DNA of 64,000 nucleotides from Tepidisphaera sp. GTDB taxonomy: Bacteria; Planctomycetota; Phycisphaerae; Phycisphaerales; UBA1924. This document shows positions 44,484 through 53,501 of this stretch, piece by piece. Every line of letters starts with the position of its first letter. Within the stretch, counting starts at the first letter, position 1. The stretch spans positions 3,424,001 through 3,488,000 of the forward strand of contig CP051526.1 of NCBI GenBank assembly GCA_050916045.1, written 5' to 3'. Both the position numbers and the translations under genes were made by a program. The notes beneath the pieces were generated by a model, which saw nothing but the letters and a program-made list of their open reading frames with translations, searched no databases and was not told where the DNA came from.

Positions 44484-44785
44484 CCCGTCGAACCGTCATC
44501 TCGTCGCCCGCGCAACAGGACGTTGCCGATCTGGCCTCATACCTCGACACCGTCGCCGGCACCGCGATCAGCGACAAGGTGCTCAAGAGCATCCACGAAG
44601 CTGTCCGCAAGCTGGGCTCCAATCCCACCCTTGGGCACATCGTGCACGAGCTTGACCGGCCCGATCTCCGATTCTACTTGGTGAAGTCGTACTTCATCGT
44701 CTATCGCGTGCGCGGGACAACCCTTGAAGTCATCCGAGTACTCCACGCCGCTCGCGATATCGTCGCGATCCTCAGCCCAAGTTGA
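44480..44785 (+). CDS. parE: Type II toxin, ParE/RelE family
   Basis: AQQDV..L..Y, L..NP.LG, YFIVYR, VIRVLHAARD; ATGA overlap with parD. Confidence 0.85.
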   Translation: MTRRTVISSPAQQDVADLASYLDTVAGTAISDKVLKSIHEAVRKLGSNPTLGHIVHELDRPDLRFYLVKSYFIVYRVRGTTLEVIRVLHAARDIVAILSPS

Positions 44786-44794
44786 CCGCAAGCG

Positions 44795-45427
44795 TTAGTG
44801 CTGCTTCACGCCGATCGCCGTCAGCACCTCATCGTCGATTCCAAGGTACTCGTGCATGTGCTGGTCGTACGTCGCCGCGTGATCCTCGCGCGAAAGGTCA
44901 AGCCGCATCTCGTTGATGACCTTCGTGCCCTGGCGGATCCAGTCGTTCCACGTCTCGGACGAGATGTTCTCGAAGATCCAAGCCCCGATCGGGCCGCGCA
45001 TCGGCGGCTTGGCGAGTTTGGTCCCGGCTTTCCCCGTCCGCTTGCAGACGAACGATCCGCCGGTCGCCGCTTCGGTCTTCTTCTCTTCGATCACCGGCAC
45101 GGGCGCCCCGATCGATGTGAGCAACTCCCCCATCGCCTTCTTGGGCATGAAGTCGCCCTTGGCCGCCGCGGTCTTATACCCCTCGGTCAGGACCACCTTC
45201 GCGCGCTCGACCTGACCGGCTTCGATCAGCGACTTTCCAGCGAGTTGGTACGCTTTGCTCATCGCCGGGTTGATCGTGTAGCACTTCTCGTACGCCACCG
45301 CCGCGTCCGAATGCCGCCCGGCTTGCGCATAGGCCCCGCCGAGGCTGAACCAAGCCATGTCATTGTCCGGATCCGCCCCAGGCTGCACCATGTTCTCGAA
45401 CTGAGCGATCCGCGCGTTGATGTCCAT
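44795..45427 (-). CDS. TPR-fused Fe(II)-trafficking (YggX-like) protein
   Basis: N-terminal TPRs (AWFSLG..Y, AYQLAG); C-terminal VCKRTG...PP..G.IG..IFENIS...W..W....TKVINE.RLDL. Confidence 0.85.
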   Translation of the reverse strand: MDINARIAQFENMVQPGADPDNDMAWFSLGGAYAQAGRHSDAAVAYEKCYTINPAMSKAYQLAGKSLIEAGQVERAKVVLTEGYKTAAAKGDFMPKKAMGELLTSIGAPVPVIEEKKTEAATGGSFVCKRTGKAGTKLAKPPMRGPIGAWIFENISSETWNDWIRQGTKVINEMRLDLSREDHAATYDQHMHEYLGIDDEVLTAIGVKQH

Positions 45428-45498
45428 GAGCGATCCTAGCTCACGCACACGCCGCACACGCCTCCCGGTATCATCCGCCACCGGAAACGGAGGTCCTC

Positions 45499-46422
45499 AT
45501 GCTCGTTACGCTCGCCCTGGTCTCCTCGATGGTGCTCCTCGACACGCCTGCCGCCCCGGATCCGGAACAACGCGCCGCCGCCATCGAAGACCTTGGGTCT
45601 TCCGACAAGTCCCGCGTCACCAAGGCTCTCTTCTACTCGCTCGATGCGAGCGACCCGGACGACCGCAAAGCGCTCGAACAGGCCCTCGACAGCCCGTCCT
45701 ACCAGCGCCGCCAGCTCGCGATGACGATGCTCTGCCATGATGAGAAGAAGCCCGGCAAGCGGCTCATTGAGGTCTGCTTCGAAGGCCTCTCCGACGATGC
45801 GATCCCGATCGACACGCTGAGGCCGATGAACGAACGCTTCATCGCCCCGGTCGGCAACGCCAACGAAGCCGCTCGCTTTCTCATTGAGCACGCTCAAGAA
45901 GTCCGCCCGCAGCTCGAAAAGGGCCTCAAGGATGGCGACTGGCAGAAGAAGCTCCTCTGCGCCTATATCGCAGGACGAGCGAAAATCTCCGCTCTGCTCC
46001 CCGCCGCCGCGCCCGTCCTGATCAACCACCTCAAGGACAACGACATCCGCGGCGATGGCCAGACCGCGATCGGAGGCTTGGCAGGTTTCGGAACCGATGT
46101 TCTCCCCTACCTTGAGCGAATCCAGAACCCCGATTCTCAGCAGCAGATCGCGGTCCGGCTCATCGGTTGGCATCTTGACGAACACAAACGCCTTCACGCA
46201 GAAGTCGCCAAGCTCCCCAAGCACGAGCGCGACCTCGCCGACCAGCTCTCGAGCGGACTCTACAACGACTGGCCCAAGCTCAAATGGAAGCTCAAGGACT
46301 TCGACGAGACCAAACACGTCTACAGCCGCCCGACAGAAGCCGGTAACGACAACCCTCCCTCCCCACACCCCTCACCGCGCCCCGAACAACCCAGCGACAA
46401 CGAAAAAGACCGCGCTCGATAA
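45499..46422 (+). CDS. Hypothetical exported alpha-helical (HEAT-like) protein
   Basis: SD GGAGG; hydrophobic N-terminus; helical repeats. Confidence 0.6.
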   Translation: MLVTLALVSSMVLLDTPAAPDPEQRAAAIEDLGSSDKSRVTKALFYSLDASDPDDRKALEQALDSPSYQRRQLAMTMLCHDEKKPGKRLIEVCFEGLSDDAIPIDTLRPMNERFIAPVGNANEAARFLIEHAQEVRPQLEKGLKDGDWQKKLLCAYIAGRAKISALLPAAAPVLINHLKDNDIRGDGQTAIGGLAGFGTDVLPYLERIQNPDSQQQIAVRLIGWHLDEHKRLHAEVAKLPKHERDLADQLSSGLYNDWPKLKWKLKDFDETKHVYSRPTEAGNDNPPSPHPSPRPEQPSDNEKDRAR

Positions 46423-46432
46423 GAGCACGGTC
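46403..46432 (-). terminator. Intrinsic terminator after rpmA
   Basis: gaccgtgctc-ttatc-gagcgcggtc followed by TTTTT. Confidence 0.75.
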
Positions 46433-46459
46433 CTTCAATTTTCAGTCAGAGACGATCTC

Positions 46460-46735
46460 TCAGTTCTTGAGCCACACCGGGCAGGGAGCCTTCTCGTCCG
46501 TCGGGACGACGTGCACCTTGCGGCCGCGGAACATGACCGTCCCGGAACCGACGCTGAAAAGCGTGCAGTCCTTACCCATCTGAACGTTGAAGCCGGCTTC
46601 GAACGGCGTGCCGACCTGGCGCACGATGATCGAGCCGGGCTGAGCGACTTCGCCGCCGAAGAGCTTGATCCCGCGGTACTGCGGATTGGAGTCGCGCCCG
46701 TTCTTGGTCGAACCCTGACCCTTTTTATGTGCCAT
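46460..46735 (-). CDS. rpmA: 50S ribosomal protein L27
   Basis: [25 protein letters not shown]. Confidence 0.97.
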   Translation of the reverse strand: MAHKKGQGSTKNGRDSNPQYRGIKLFGGEVAQPGSIIVRQVGTPFEAGFNVQMGKDCTLFSVGSGTVMFRGRKVHVVPTDEKAPCPVWLKN

Positions 46736-46911
46736 GACAACGATCCTCGATCAAAAGGCGTCGGTCGGAAGCGACCACCGCGTGAAACTCGTCGGAACCA
46801 CCCCGCCTGGGCACGCCGCCCAAAGCCGGGCCTGAACAATAGTGCTGAACCTCGGGCCCGTCCACCCTCCAGCACGTCGGAGGAATGACCCGATCAAAGA
46901 CCGATCGTGCC

Positions 46912-47562
46912 TTATCGCATGATCCAAGTCGTCTCATAGGGCTCAAACGGCTCGGAACCCCGGTTGCTCATGTCGCCGCCGGTCTTGTACCGGGCCATGA
47001 ACGTCTTGTACATCGGCTCTTTCACCAAAGCACCTGACTTGGGGTCCTTGATCTCGACCTGGGCCACTTCGCCGCTGAAGCCAGCCGCGTAGACCGTCAG
47101 CTCGCTCGCCGTCAGGTTCGCAAGCGGCCACACGACGATCCCGTCCTTCGCGTTCTCGTCGCCCTGGAGCATCATCCCAAGGACCGAGATCTGGTCCTCG
47201 AGGAACGGGTTATTGAGGTCGCTCTGGATCTTGGAAGCCACATCCAGCGGCACGCCACGGCCGGACCGGAGCACGTTCCCCTCGCCGTCGGCCAGCTCGA
47301 AGCTGGGAGCAAAGAGCACATCCTCGCCCGTCTTGTTCGTCGCGCGGTACGTCATGTACACATAGGTCTGCGTGGTGCCGTCGCGGTTCGCCACTCGGGC
47401 CAGACGCAGAGGCCCGGGCTTGAGATCAAGCTGCCAGCGGCGCGGAATCGGGTCGGGCTCGGGCGCGAAGCGGGCCGAAGCCTGGGGGATGGACAGCGAG
47501 AGACCGGCCACACCCAGAGCGAGCGCCGCCACAAACTTCTGAACCACCGGACGATTGGACAT
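46912..47562 (-). CDS. Hypothetical exported protein
   Basis: SD AGGAG; signal peptide; coding-like codon usage. Confidence 0.7.
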   Translation of the reverse strand: MSNRPVVQKFVAALALGVAGLSLSIPQASARFAPEPDPIPRRWQLDLKPGPLRLARVANRDGTTQTYVYMTYRATNKTGEDVLFAPSFELADGEGNVLRSGRGVPLDVASKIQSDLNNPFLEDQISVLGMMLQGDENAKDGIVVWPLANLTASELTVYAAGFSGEVAQVEIKDPKSGALVKEPMYKTFMARYKTGGDMSNRGSEPFEPYETTWIMR

Positions 47563-47656
47563 GCCGACTCCTTGGAACCCGAAGGGCCCCTAGTCTACAA
47601 CATCCCCGCCCGCCGTCAAACGCCGAATCCGAATCGGCGAAAGAGATCCGCACCCG

Positions 47657-48777
47657 TGGACCAATCTGTTCCACATTCCCGCCCTCACGGGCAACTCCCT
47701 TCCCAACCCAACGCCCCCCTCCGCCCTCAATCCGACGCGAGCGGGGCCGCCGCGGGCCCAAACCGATCCGTACAGACCTCTACCAACCAGGACGTCACGG
47801 TGGGTCGCGTCCCACCCGATCGAACCTTCGAGGCGGCGAAGCGGCTGGTCGGAGCCTCCCAGACCGATCCCGACGCCGCCGCTTCTCGCCTCGTCGAGAA
47901 CGCCCGAGCCGGTCGGATCGACCTCTCCCTGATGTTCGCCGCTGAGAGCAACGGCCAGATCCGGCAGGTGTGCCTGCTCGCGCCTTCGTCGGGCCGCACG
48001 GCGGCTCTCTTCATCTCCGAGCCTTTCCCACAGGGCGACCCCGGTGGCGACCAGCAAGCACTTCAGGACCGCGCGGCTTGCATCGCCGCCGCCGAAGCCC
48101 ACGCCGCGCACCATCTCGCCGACCGTGTCGCGGTTCTGCAAGCCCTGCCCGAGCCCGAAGAACGCTGGAGCGTCAATGCCCTCCGCGCCGCCGGATTCAT
48201 CCAGGTCGGCGACCTCACGTACCTCCGCCGTCCCATCGGACGCCAGAGCGGGATCCTCGGTCGTCAGCCACCGGTGCCGACCTGGCCCGCAGGTGTCGCG
48301 GTGCGCCCGCTCTCCACGTTCCCCGGCGGGCTCGACGGCAGCATCCCGATGCTCTGCGACCTCCTCGACAGGACGTACGAGGGGACGCTCGACTGCCCCG
48401 CGCTCTGCGGCCTGCGCGACACGCGGGACGTCCTGGACTCGCACCAGGCGGTCGGACAGTTCGATCCGGCGTTCTGGTTCATCGTTCTCAAGAACGACAT
48501 CCCTGAGGGATGCATGCTTCTCGCCAAGTCGGAGGAGCTTCGAAGCGTGGAGCTCGTCTACCTCGGCCTGACCCCCGCTTTGCGAGGGATGGGTGTGGGC
48601 GCGAAGCTGCTGGATGTGGCGCTCCGCTCGATCACCCGATCGACCTACGAACACCTGACGTGCGCGGTCGACCGTTCCAACACGCCGGCCGTGCGCATTT
48701 ACCAGCGTGCGGGGTTCCGACCGTTCGGCGAGCGTGCGGCCCTTGTGAAACCCGTCCGCGCGGCCTCCGCGAGGTGA
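47657..48777 (+). CDS. GNAT family acetyltransferase (start uncertain)
   Basis: YLGLTPALRGMGVGAKLL, VDRSNTPAVRIYQRAGF. Confidence 0.8.
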
Positions 48778-48876
48778 CAACTCCGAAGCGCGCGTGTCAA
48801 GCGCGGCGGCGCAAGCGAACGTCGATGCGCACGCAAGCGGTGATCTTGAATCGATTTACGCGCAAGCGACAGTGAG

Positions 48877-48918
48877 TTATCCACAGCGTGTCCAGACGGT
48901 GCCTCTGATTGTGGATAA
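48877..48918. promoter_or_regulatory. Two perfect DnaA boxes in inverted orientation upstream of dnaA (autoregulatory site or oriC candidate)
   Basis: TTATCCACA at 48877-48885 and TGTGGATAA at 48910-48918, followed by a T7 run. Confidence 0.8.
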
Positions 48919-49246
48919 GTTTTTTTGCATCACGTAAAGACGCGAGAAACCGCGGACTTGGCGATGCGTGGACATGGTGACGGCCACACGTGGGGATTGC
49001 TCCCGCCGCGCGCCCCAACTACGTTTGTGTTCTTGCGGCGATGACTGCCGCGACTGGTCAAGGATGGACCAACGGCCCGAGCGTCTTCCGGCCCGCCACG
49101 ACATCGACACAACCCTCCCGCGAGCGCGGGGTGGATGTGCCATGGTCCGGGGCGGCCGGCGCGAAGGCCAGCGTGCCACTGACGGCGTTCCAACTCACGA
49201 CACTCGCGCGGGCCGTCCCGCGCTTTCGGTGGGAGCTCGCCTCCTC

Positions 49247-50851
49247 GTGAACACGCCTCTTGACCTCACCGATTCCGGCTCGACCCAGGAGCGTCACACG
49301 CCTTCGGCTTCGGCGCTGCTCGCCGGCGAGCGTGCGTCGGCGCGGCACCAGGATGCGGGAACCCGCGTGCTTGACCGGCTTTCGGCGGAGGTCGGCCGCG
49401 ATCGAGTGCATCGGTACTTTGATCGCCAGGCGCGGGTCTCGCTCTCGGGCACGACGCTCGACGTCACGGTCGCGTCGGGCTTCATCGCCGACGTGGTCGG
49501 TCGGCGGTTTGGTGACTCACTCCGGCGCGCGGCGGCGGCGGAGCTCGCAGATGGACTTGCGGCGCAAGGCCGCGAGACGCACGGAAGGTCGGCGGACGCG
49601 GTTCCGGTCGAGCTTCGCATCAACGTCGATACCGGCGCCTTCGGCGGAACACAAACTCCGCCTCCGGTCGCCTCGCCGGTGACCGATCTCCCGGTCCAGA
49701 GGCCCGCGCCCGCGGCGAAGCGCCCTGAAACCCCTCGGCGTCGCTTCGAGGACTTCCTCGCGGGCACGAGCAACCGGCTCGCGCTCGCCGCGGCCCGGCG
49801 GCTTGCCGAAGAAACGCTCGACACGCCGGACGCGGACCGTCTGCATGGCCCGCTCTTCATCCACGGCCCGTGCGGCGTGGGCAAGACGCACCTACTGCAC
49901 GCCGCCGCGCACCTCTTCCGGGAGCGCAACCCCGGCGCGGTCGTCCGAGTCATCACCGGTGAGTCCTTCACCAACGAGTTCATCACCGCCGTCAAGAGCG
50001 GGTCCCTCGAAGCTTTCCGCAAGCACTTCCGCCGCGTGCACCTCCTCTGCATCGACGATGTGCACTTCCTCTCCAACAAGGAAGCCACCCAGCGCGAGCT
50101 TCTCCACACCTTCGACGCCGTCGGCACGACCGGCGCCCGCATCTTGCTCGCGTCCGATGAGCCGCCACGCGACATCCGCAAGCTCTCGCAGCAGCTTGTC
50201 TCTCGGTTCGCCGCGGGCGGCGTGGTCAAGATCGAACTTCCCGAACTCCAGCTCCGCATCGCCATCGCCAACCAGATCGCCGTGCGTCGCGGCCTGATGC
50301 TCGAACCCGCGGCGGCCACCCTGCTCGCCGAACGCGCGGCGGCTTCCGGCGGGTCGGTGCGCGACCTCGAGGGCCTGATCACGCAGGTGGAAGCACTCCG
50401 GCTGGTCATGCCGGAACTGATCCCCGACGGGCGGATCGGGCTGGTCGCGGTGCGACGTTCGCTGGGTCTGGGTGAACCAAGCTCCCTCCCCGGGGCCGCG
50501 GGGCGGATCCGCCGACCGATCCCCCTCGCCCTGATCGCCGCGGAGATCTGCTCCGCGCTGGGCGTCGAGGTGGCGGACCTGCACGGCAAGGGTCGGCACA
50601 AGACGGTCGTGCTCGCTCGCGAGATGACGGTGCACGTCGCCCGGAGGCTCACCACCTGCAGCTTCCCCGAGATCGCCCGTTCACTCGGCCGCGAGAATCA
50701 CTCGACGGTCCTGACGGCCTACCGCCGCGTCGAGCTTCAGCTCATCGCGGGCGAGCGGCCCAAAGCGGAACTGCCCGAGGAGCTCGCGTGCCTCACACTC
50801 GCCGAGCTTTTGCAGCGTCTGACGCAGCGTGTCGAACGCGCCGGAGTGTGA
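49247..50851 (+). CDS. dnaA: Chromosomal replication initiator DnaA (start uncertain)
   Basis: F..F..G.SN, PLFIHGPCGVGKTHLL, LLCIDDVHFL, SVRDLEG, SFPEIAR.LGRENHSTVL. Confidence 0.92.
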   Translation: MNTPLDLTDSGSTQERHTPSASALLAGERASARHQDAGTRVLDRLSAEVGRDRVHRYFDRQARVSLSGTTLDVTVASGFIADVVGRRFGDSLRRAAAAELADGLAAQGRETHGRSADAVPVELRINVDTGAFGGTQTPPPVASPVTDLPVQRPAPAAKRPETPRRRFEDFLAGTSNRLALAAARRLAEETLDTPDADRLHGPLFIHGPCGVGKTHLLHAAAHLFRERNPGAVVRVITGESFTNEFITAVKSGSLEAFRKHFRRVHLLCIDDVHFLSNKEATQRELLHTFDAVGTTGARILLASDEPPRDIRKLSQQLVSRFAAGGVVKIELPELQLRIAIANQIAVRRGLMLEPAAATLLAERAAASGGSVRDLEGLITQVEALRLVMPELIPDGRIGLVAVRRSLGLGEPSSLPGAAGRIRRPIPLALIAAEICSALGVEVADLHGKGRHKTVVLAREMTVHVARRLTTCSFPEIARSLGRENHSTVLTAYRRVELQLIAGERPKAELPEELACLTLAELLQRLTQRVERAGV

Positions 50852-50910
50852 ACAGGCGGCACTTCCGCCCATCCCGAGCGATGTGATCCCCAGGCGTCGC
50901 TTGAATCCGG

Positions 50911-52278
50911 TCAGCGAGCGACCTCGGCGTTCTTTGGCCCGGCGGGGTCCCAGCCCGGCGGCGGGTCGAGAAGCTCGCGTCGTTCCTCGGCCGCTCTCGC
51001 GTACTCCAAGCCCGTCCAGAGCAGGCAGAGGTACATCGCAACCAGGCACCACCCCGTCCCGCCGATGGACCGCCACGTGTTGAGCGCCGGCTCGAACGAC
51101 TTCACGTTTCCCGGCGGCAGAAGCATGCCGGCGATCAGAGCCAGCACGCCCGCCGCGAGAACGCCGCGGAACACCCCGCGCCGGGGCACGAGAAGGACCG
51201 CCGCCGTCCAGACGAACATCGGAAGCAGGATGTACATGTGCCGAATCAGCGTCTGCGGGCCAAACGCGAGCACCGCGACCAGCAGCCCCGACCATTCCAG
51301 CGTCACCACGCGGGCCGTGAGGCTCTCCGTCTCCCGCTCGCCGCCGCGTGCCTGAAAGAGCGCAAGCCCGCGACGCCGGTAGATCCACCACGCCGCCGCG
51401 AGCGTCAGCCCCGCGATGCACACCGCCAGACCCAGAACCACCCGGTCGGCCGTCTCGGGCCCGAGGGTCTTGGCGATCCCGCTTGTGATAGAGATGCTCT
51501 TCTCCCAGCGGATGTCGTGCGTCTTGACAATCGGCCCTTCCGGAGCGACGCCCAGAAGCTTGGCAATCCCGCCAAACGCGATGCCCAGGTACTGCAGATT
51601 CGTCTTCCATCCGACGACGATCGCGGGGATCAAGGCGAAAGCGGCGGTCGAGACCGCGGTCGAAGCCGCGGCCGCCCAGCGGCGCCGGATCAGCAGATAA
51701 GGAACGACCACCAGCGCCTGATACTTGATGTTGGCGCCGAGCCCGATGAGCACGCCCGCAAGCAGCGGCTTGCGATCGAGCGCCGCGAGCGCGCCGACCA
51801 GACACAAAGCCACGATCGTGTCGGTCTGGCCCTCCTCGATCTCCTGCCGGATCGGCTCAAAACCGAGGATCAACGCCACGGCGGCGATGCCGATGAACGT
51901 GAGCTTCTCGCGGGGAATCCCAAGCCGCTTGACCGCGATCTGGAGCGAGAGCATCACCGTGCCCGCCACCATCAGGAGATTGACCCCCGCCCACGCAAGC
52001 TGGGCCGGACGCAGGTCGAACCCTGCCAGCGGGCGCAGCAGCATCGCCAGAAGCGGCGGATAGATGTACCCCCGCGTGTGCGACGCGTAAATGTCCTGCC
52101 CGAGCATCATCGCCCGGGCCGCGTGATAGAAATGCTCGAAGTCGCCCTTGCCAGGGTTGGCTTCCGTCGGTAAGCCGCGGAACGCCCGGAACGCGAAGTA
52201 CGACGCGACGGCGGCAACGACCAGACCCAGGACCCACGGGAGCACGTTGGCTCGGAAACGATCTCTCGCGTTCATCAT
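50911..52278 (-). CDS. GT87/DUF2029-like polytopic membrane glycosyltransferase
   Basis: DF..FY.AA, YIYPP, EGQTD, ANIKY; many TM helices; ATGA overlap with the GT2 gene. Confidence 0.8.
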   Translation of the reverse strand: MMNARDRFRANVLPWVLGLVVAAVASYFAFRAFRGLPTEANPGKGDFEHFYHAARAMMLGQDIYASHTRGYIYPPLLAMLLRPLAGFDLRPAQLAWAGVNLLMVAGTVMLSLQIAVKRLGIPREKLTFIGIAAVALILGFEPIRQEIEEGQTDTIVALCLVGALAALDRKPLLAGVLIGLGANIKYQALVVVPYLLIRRRWAAAASTAVSTAAFALIPAIVVGWKTNLQYLGIAFGGIAKLLGVAPEGPIVKTHDIRWEKSISITSGIAKTLGPETADRVVLGLAVCIAGLTLAAAWWIYRRRGLALFQARGGERETESLTARVVTLEWSGLLVAVLAFGPQTLIRHMYILLPMFVWTAAVLLVPRRGVFRGVLAAGVLALIAGMLLPPGNVKSFEPALNTWRSIGGTGWCLVAMYLCLLWTGLEYARAAEERRELLDPPPGWDPAGPKNAEVAR

Positions 52279-53144
52279 CCGCGGAGGGTACCAGACACGG
52301 TCGCTCCGCGATCCGTCCGCGACGCGCCCTCGGGCTTCAACTCGACCTGCGACGCGGCGAGCACGCGTTCGGCGCGACCGTCGCGCAGGAAACGCAAGCG
52401 GATCCGCGCCGCTTCCCTGAGCATCTTCAGTCCGTCGCGGATGGGATGCACGGTTCCCCCGTCCTTGTGCTCCCACGCGATGCCGACCTCGGAAAGCTTG
52501 CCCAGTCGGCTTGCGAGCAGCAGGTGCTCGAGATCGAACGCGAACCGGTCCTCGCGGCCGAGAGCGACCACGGCGCGGGCGGCGTCGGCGCGATACAGCT
52601 TGAACCCGCATTGCGTGTCGCGGAGCAGGTTCAGTCCGAGCATCCCGAGGGCCAGCCGGAAAATGCCGCCCGCGAACTTCCGGAAGAGCCGCGTCTGCAC
52701 CTGCGCGTCGCTGGTGTTCCGTGACCCGCAGACCATGACCACCGACGGGTCGTTCGTCCGCGGCCACAAACGCTCGACCTCGCGCACGCGGGCCGCGTTA
52801 TCGGCATCCATCATGAGGATCCACGCCCCGCTCGCGGCTTCAAGCCCCGTGCGCACCGCCGCGCCCTTGCCGCGATTGACCGGATGGCGAACAAGTGCCA
52901 CCCGCTTGAGGTTGCCCGTGGGAACTTCCGTCAGCGCGGGCGTCACGGCACTCACCGTGAGGTCCGGCGACCCGTCGTCGACCAGGATGATCTCGGCGGG
53001 AATGGAGCCACGTTCGAGTGTCGAGGTGAGGTCCGCCAGCGTGGGACCGATGCGGAAGACCTCGTTGTACATCGGGACCACGACCGACAACACCACCGCT
53101 GGCGCGGAGCCGGGCTTTGCGGCGGTCTGCGTCTTTAAGTCCAT
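52275..53144 (-). CDS. GT2 polyprenol-phosphate glycosyltransferase
   Basis: VVVPMYNE, VDDGS.D, NRGKGAA, MDAD, DTQCGFK. Confidence 0.9.
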   Translation of the reverse strand: MDLKTQTAAKPGSAPAVVLSVVVPMYNEVFRIGPTLADLTSTLERGSIPAEIILVDDGSPDLTVSAVTPALTEVPTGNLKRVALVRHPVNRGKGAAVRTGLEAASGAWILMMDADNAARVREVERLWPRTNDPSVVMVCGSRNTSDAQVQTRLFRKFAGGIFRLALGMLGLNLLRDTQCGFKLYRADAARAVVALGREDRFAFDLEHLLLASRLGKLSEVGIAWEHKDGGTVHPIRDGLKMLREAARIRLRFLRDGRAERVLAASQVELKPEGASRTDRGATVSGTLRG

Positions 53145-53266
53145 TCAAAGCAAGGATATGCGCCATCCCGGGACCAAACCCGAAGGCGTCGCGGTTTCCC
53201 GTACCGGCGTCCCTACGCTCCACGGGATGCCGTCGCTATCGCGGAACTCCCACTGGAGCGATTCAC

Positions 53267-53443
53267 ATGGCAGTACAGCGAGGATCCGGACCGGGACGCA
53301 ACGACCTTTCCGGCTCCAAGGGCCAGAAGCAGCGGTCCGACCGCGCTGCCAAGCCCAGCGGCAGCCGCGTGGAGCCCTCGCACACCAAGGCGCAGGGAAA
53401 GTCCGGCGCCGGCAAGGTGAGCAAGAAGTCCGGCAAGAAGTAG
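53267..53443 (+). CDS. Small basic low-complexity protein (58 aa)
   Basis: GGAG SD then ATG; MAVQRGSG...GKVSKKSGKK. Confidence 0.6.
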   Translation: MAVQRGSGPGRNDLSGSKGQKQRSDRAAKPSGSRVEPSHTKAQGKSGAGKVSKKSGKK

Positions 53444-53501
53444 CGGCCGATCGCCCGCATGGGAACGTCCGACCGGCGCGCTTTGCGGTACAGTGGTCCG
53501 C

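Noticed and set aside
48968..49246. 93-aa N-terminal extension of DnaA
   Set aside because: Low-complexity Arg-rich translation overlapping the likely promoter region; a later GTG (49247) with a GGGAG upstream is more plausible.
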